In this document: positions 59,958 through 64,000 of the stretch, in pieces
How positions within the stretch are numbered: the first letter of the stretch is position 1
How the letters are laid out: each line of letters opens with the position of its first letter
The notes under the pieces: model-generated
What the model was told of the DNA's origin: nothing
Databases searched by the model: none
What the model saw: only the letters and a program-made list of their open reading frames with translations
Made by a program: the position numbers and the translations under genes
Assembly: GCA_963728565.1 (NCBI GenBank)
Contig: CAVSLC010000019.1
Location: 1-64,000 of the forward strand
DNA from: an uncultured delta proteobacterium
Lineage (GTDB): Bacteria > Desulfobacterota > Binatia > UBA9968
Length of the DNA: 64,000 nucleotides
Direction: 5' to 3'

Positions 59958-61415
59958 TTACTCTTTAGAGAGCGAGGAATTAGGCAGAACCACCATGTTT
60001 TCGAGTGAATCGGTTAGCAGTTGACGCGTAATACGTGGCTGAGTGTCCAAATAGTTGCAGGCAGCGATGACATGCTCGGCGATGAATTTCGGGTGGAATC
60101 CGGCAAAGGGAACTTTGTGCTTGATGTAAAATGAGTTGAGCAGGTATGCAATGATTTCTTCCGAAAATTCTAATCCATAGGATTCACAGACGCGTTGGAA
60201 TATCTCTCTATACTCGTCAGCGGTGGGTGGGCTGATCTTAATCTTGTAATGAACACGGCGTAACTGCGCTGCATCCATAAGTTCTTCTGGTGGAAAATTG
60301 GTGGCAAAAATGACGAGCTGATCGAACAGTACGGAAAACTTTTTGCCCGTGTGAAGCGTCAAGTAATCGAGTTTACGCTCCAAAGGAAAAATCCACCGGT
60401 TCAATAGTTCATGAGGTCGCACACGCTGACGTCCGAAGTCATCGATAACGAATATTCCGCCAATTGCCTTCATCTGAAGGGGCGCCTCATAGTATTTTGA
60501 ATGAATGTCGAAGTCCAAATCGAGCATTGCTAACGTCAATTCACCGCCGGAAATAATATAGGGCCGCCTACAGCGGACCCAGCGAGGATCATAGGGGAGG
60601 TGAGGCAAAAACATAGGATGCTTGTCGCTACTGATGGCGGGCTGCTCCGGGCTAAACGGGACGTGAACGGAAGGATCAAATATTTTGATAATCTGGCCGT
60701 CTGCTTCGATGCAATAAGGAATGTAAACGGCTTGCTCGAAGGCGCTTATTAGAGCTTCTGCCATAGCAGTTTTGCCGTTCCCGGCAGCACCGTAGATCAA
60801 GATTGCTCTGCCTGAGTTCGCCGCGGGACCGAGTCTCCTGACGACTTCCTCCGACAATACTAGGTGAGACATCGACTTTTTAAGTTTATCTATGCTGACG
60901 ATCTCATTTGTGATCGTCTGTTTTTGCACCTGCAGCTGATAGGTCTGCAGCGGCACGGGAATCGGTCCAATGTATTCGCAAAGCCGCAGGGCCTCACTAG
61001 CGCGCTCCTTACCGGCATTCGTAAGTGCATAACGCATAACGTTGTGGTTTTTTTCCGACGGTCCACGAATTTCTACAAGAGCCTCCTTTTTGGCTATCGT
61101 AAGCAGTTCCTCGACCACAGCTCGAGTTAACTTGATGTGTTCGGATACCTCCGGGATAGTTTGCAGTGCCGACACGTACATCGTCCGCAAAAGACAATTA
61201 AGTAGAAAATTGCCTTCTAGCCCGGTTTCGTCAGCGGTTTTTGGAATGTGCGGGGGCTCGTGAAGAATGCCATCTAAACTCTCGCGGCTAATGTATCCGA
61301 GCGAAATAAGATTATCGCCGAGGCGACCGCCGGCGACCTTCTGTCGCCGTAGCACAGTCTGCAGTTGCTCGTCGGTTATAATGCCTCTAGCTCTAAGTAA
61401 CTCGCCAATTGCCAT
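59958..61415 (-). CDS. AAA+ ATPase with N-terminal MshEN-like domain
   Basis: AIGELLRARGIITDEQLQTVLRRQ...RLGDNLISLGYI; GAAGNGKT; FVIDDFGRQ; NRWIFPLE; FATNF. Confidence 0.82.
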   Translation of the reverse strand: MAIGELLRARGIITDEQLQTVLRRQKVAGGRLGDNLISLGYISRESLDGILHEPPHIPKTADETGLEGNFLLNCLLRTMYVSALQTIPEVSEHIKLTRAVVEELLTIAKKEALVEIRGPSEKNHNVMRYALTNAGKERASEALRLCEYIGPIPVPLQTYQLQVQKQTITNEIVSIDKLKKSMSHLVLSEEVVRRLGPAANSGRAILIYGAAGNGKTAMAEALISAFEQAVYIPYCIEADGQIIKIFDPSVHVPFSPEQPAISSDKHPMFLPHLPYDPRWVRCRRPYIISGGELTLAMLDLDFDIHSKYYEAPLQMKAIGGIFVIDDFGRQRVRPHELLNRWIFPLERKLDYLTLHTGKKFSVLFDQLVIFATNFPPEELMDAAQLRRVHYKIKISPPTADEYREIFQRVCESYGLEFSEEIIAYLLNSFYIKHKVPFAGFHPKFIAEHVIAACNYLDTQPRITRQLLTDSLENMVVLPNSSLSKE

Positions 61416-61572
61416 ACATTAATCTCGTTGTGTCAAAAAAAGATTGTCTTTGCGGTAATTTGCAACTATCTTTGTTGATATATTCTTCATAAAACCGTTT
61501 CATTATAATTTAAGAAGGACCCCTGTCAAGCAAAGTTCTCACCGATTCGAGTCGAGGTTATAGGAGCGAGGA

Positions 61573-63379
61573 ATGCTGTTAAAAATACGCGGTGCATGGA
61601 TAGCTCTCTTGTGGATGATGTTTGCGATCGTGGTTGGCGGTTGCACAATTCAAGATCGTGATACAAAGCGACAGCTTTCCGCTGCCAGGCTAATTGCTAC
61701 GCCGGCGTCGCATTATAGCACCCAGAAAGCCCGCTATCTGGGGGAGAAGTACCAAGAGAGACTAGATCGTTTGATCGAAAGGATCATGGCTAATCCAAAA
61801 ACGTCGAAGTTGCAATTTGCGAACAATCTTGAGTCCTCAGGAGGCATGGGGTTTTTTACGCATTCTGCAGTTAAATTTCCTGACGAACGTTTTCTTGAGG
61901 TTGTGCTTGGAACGGGAGAGAACTTCGAGGCCGGGGAGTACAGCGAAAAAGTGGCGCGGCTGTTTTCCCTCTATGGCAGAGAGCTACTTGTGATCCTCGC
62001 CAGTGATTCCGAAATCTATAACGATCGAGGGCTGTCCGGTTACGGCTTGAATTTTACCTGGCGAATTTTGGGTTCCCGCATGAGCACGGAGCGCGCGATC
62101 GTCTATCTGCCCAAGGAGAAAGTAAGGGCATTCTTAAAACAAGATCTAGGTGAGAATACGCTGCTGGCTGAGTCAGTTATTTTCGTTATGGAGCGGGAGG
62201 GCCAGGCGAATCTTTTGTCTTTCCGTGCACAACGGACCGCGCCCGACATACGTGCGCCGATTCAGGAACAAGTTCTGTTGCCGGAGCCGCCCAAAGCAAA
62301 ACCGGACCCGAATCCGGTGCTAGCACAGAAGCCGGCCGATAATGAAGTTGTCAAACCCGCGAGTGACGGCGAGAGCTCAGTTGGGGTGAAGAAGAAATCG
62401 ATATCAGCTCGTGAAAGCGAAACTGTCCGTAAAACGACAACTCCGAATGGGAGTCTAGGGACTAAGGAAGAGATCATTCCAGAGGGAAAGATCAGTCCGA
62501 TTGTTGGTGAGAAAATCGAGGCGGTTGGAATAAATTCTACCGAAGAATCAGCAGCCCAATCTGATCAGGATCTCATGCCCCCGGCGGGAGTCGCTGGGGC
62601 AACGCGAGCCGCTCCCAGTACCGTGGAGTTTTCCCACGGGCAAGTCGAAGCGGAAGCGATAGAGTCAACGCTTCAGCTTGAAAAGAAAGAACAAAAAACA
62701 CCCGAATTGATAAGCTTGGTTGGAGTACCTAAAGAAAAAAAACCAAACGAAATGCGTCCGGACATGGCCGGTTCTCGGCGTCCGGCTGCAATGGGGGAAA
62801 CGCGGCCAAATGAAGTTTCACAACCGGATTTGGGAATACATGCAATTCCCGCACTTGGATCGACTGAAGTGCCTTCATCGTCTGCTACAACCTCAAAGCC
62901 TGGCAGCGAAGTCGAGCGGCTAGCTGATATAGCATCACTTACGGCAGATAAATCCGAAAGCCGCACATCCGGAGAAGACGGTGCCGGCGCTGATCACAGG
63001 GTCAGAGCTGCAGAGCGGTGAGGCAGAAACCGTTGAAGAGCAAGCTATACCTGTTCCCGGCAAACATATGGAAAACCTACCGGAAATGAAGCCCCTCATG
63101 AGACCTAAGCCGAAAGCTCTTGAAGGTTACATTATTCAAGTAGCCTTTAAGGATCGCTATGAAGCGCGGAGTTGGGCAGACACTTTCGAACAGCGCGGCT
63201 ATGCTGTCTCAATGACTGAAGCTAGCGCAGGCGAGTCGTTAAGAGTCCGAGTTGGGAATTTTCGACTACGAGATGAGGCTGAGCGGCAACTTAAAAGTAT
63301 GCGGGATAATGGGCTAACCGGAATCATTCTCAATCTTCCCCAGGCTTATCGGCCGGAGGTTCGTTCTTCTCTACCGTAA
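61573..63379 (+). CDS. Lipoprotein with long acidic/Pro-rich linker and C-terminal SPOR domain; frameshift near 62960
   Basis: Lipobox IVVGGC; YIIQVAF...LRVRVGNFRLRDEAE in 62981..63379. Confidence 0.75.
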
Positions 63380-63427
63380 GTTTTCAACCTAAGATTTAGC
63401 TTAAATAGGTCTGTTCGAATCGATCAT

Positions 63428-64000
63428 TCAAGAAAGTTTTGCTTTTAGCAGTTCATTGACCTTTTGCGGATTAGCTTTCCCCTGTGAAGCCTTCATGACC
63501 TGCCCCACAAGAAAGCCGAAAATTTTTTCATTACCGCCGCGATAAGCCGCGACCTGTTGCGCATGATTCGTTAAAACCTGGTCTATTGACCTCTCGAGGC
63601 TTGCGGGATCTGAGACCTGCTCCAAGCCGCGTGCGGTTATAATACGCTGCGGCGATTCGCTCGTATCGAGCAAGGCATCAAAGATCACTTTCGCGATTTT
63701 TCCGCTGATTTTGCCTTGATCGATCAGTTGCACCAGCTCGCCCAATTGTGTTGGCTGGAGCGGCCAATTGTCGATTCGGAGCTGTTCATCAAGCCTCCGG
63801 GCTTTTAGGACGCGGAACAGATCACCCACTATCCAATTGCTCAGCGCTTTGGCATTCGGGCAAATGGTAATCGCGACCTCAAAATAGTCGGCAACATCTC
63901 TGCGGCTGGTGAGCAGCTCGGCATCATAGGGTGGAAGTCCATACTGCGACATGAAACGTACTTTTCGCGCGTCTGGAAGCTCAGGCAAAGTGCTACAGAG
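63428..64000 (-). CDS. gatB: Asp/Glu-tRNA amidotransferase subunit B, C-terminal part (runs off window)
   Basis: LPELP, YGLPPYDA, GKISGKIAK, GLEQVSD, FLVGQVMKASQGKANP. Confidence 0.93.
   Translation of the reverse strand, partial: LCSTLPELPDARKVRFMSQYGLPPYDAELLTSRRDVADYFEVAITICPNAKALSNWIVGDLFRVLKARRLDEQLRIDNWPLQPTQLGELVQLIDQGKISGKIAKVIFDALLDTSESPQRIITARGLEQVSDPASLERSIDQVLTNHAQQVAAYRGGNEKIFGFLVGQVMKASQGKANPQKVNELLKAKLS

Noticed and set aside
59958-61415. PilB/GspE secretion ATPase
   Set aside because: Only the MshEN-like N-terminus is shared; the ATPase motifs differ and no pilus or T2SS genes are adjacent

Overview
Gene-dense bacterial chromosomal window of about 55 CDSs. I found no rRNA, tRNA, CRISPR array, integrase or transposase. 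The content (nine orphan periplasmic solute-binding proteins, four amidohydrolase-2 enzymes, many catabolic enzymes, plus rlmD, pal, an idh-like gene and partial gatB) resembles Candidatus Binatia/Binatota (UBA9968-like) genomes; this is inference. About 15 genes carry single-base frameshifts, most likely uncorrected long-read indels. The best candidate for an undescribed system is the 53.5-63.4 kb locus beside gatB. An MshEN (c-di-GMP-binding-type) AAA+ ATPase and a sigma54 activator with a degenerate receiver lie directly upstream of a -24/-12 promoter. That promoter heads a five-gene operon: a membrane-anchored repeat protein, a small coiled-coil protein, a DUF4388/PATAN protein, a membrane HAMP receptor with no output domain, and a solute-binding protein fused to LysM. 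A SPOR lipoprotein is transcribed divergently. Other items of note: an SBP-amidase-LeuCD-like-lyase catabolic operon with altered active-site motifs, three signal-peptide-bearing SAM methyltransferases, and two families of intergenic inverted repeats. All family assignments come from motif recognition, not database searches.
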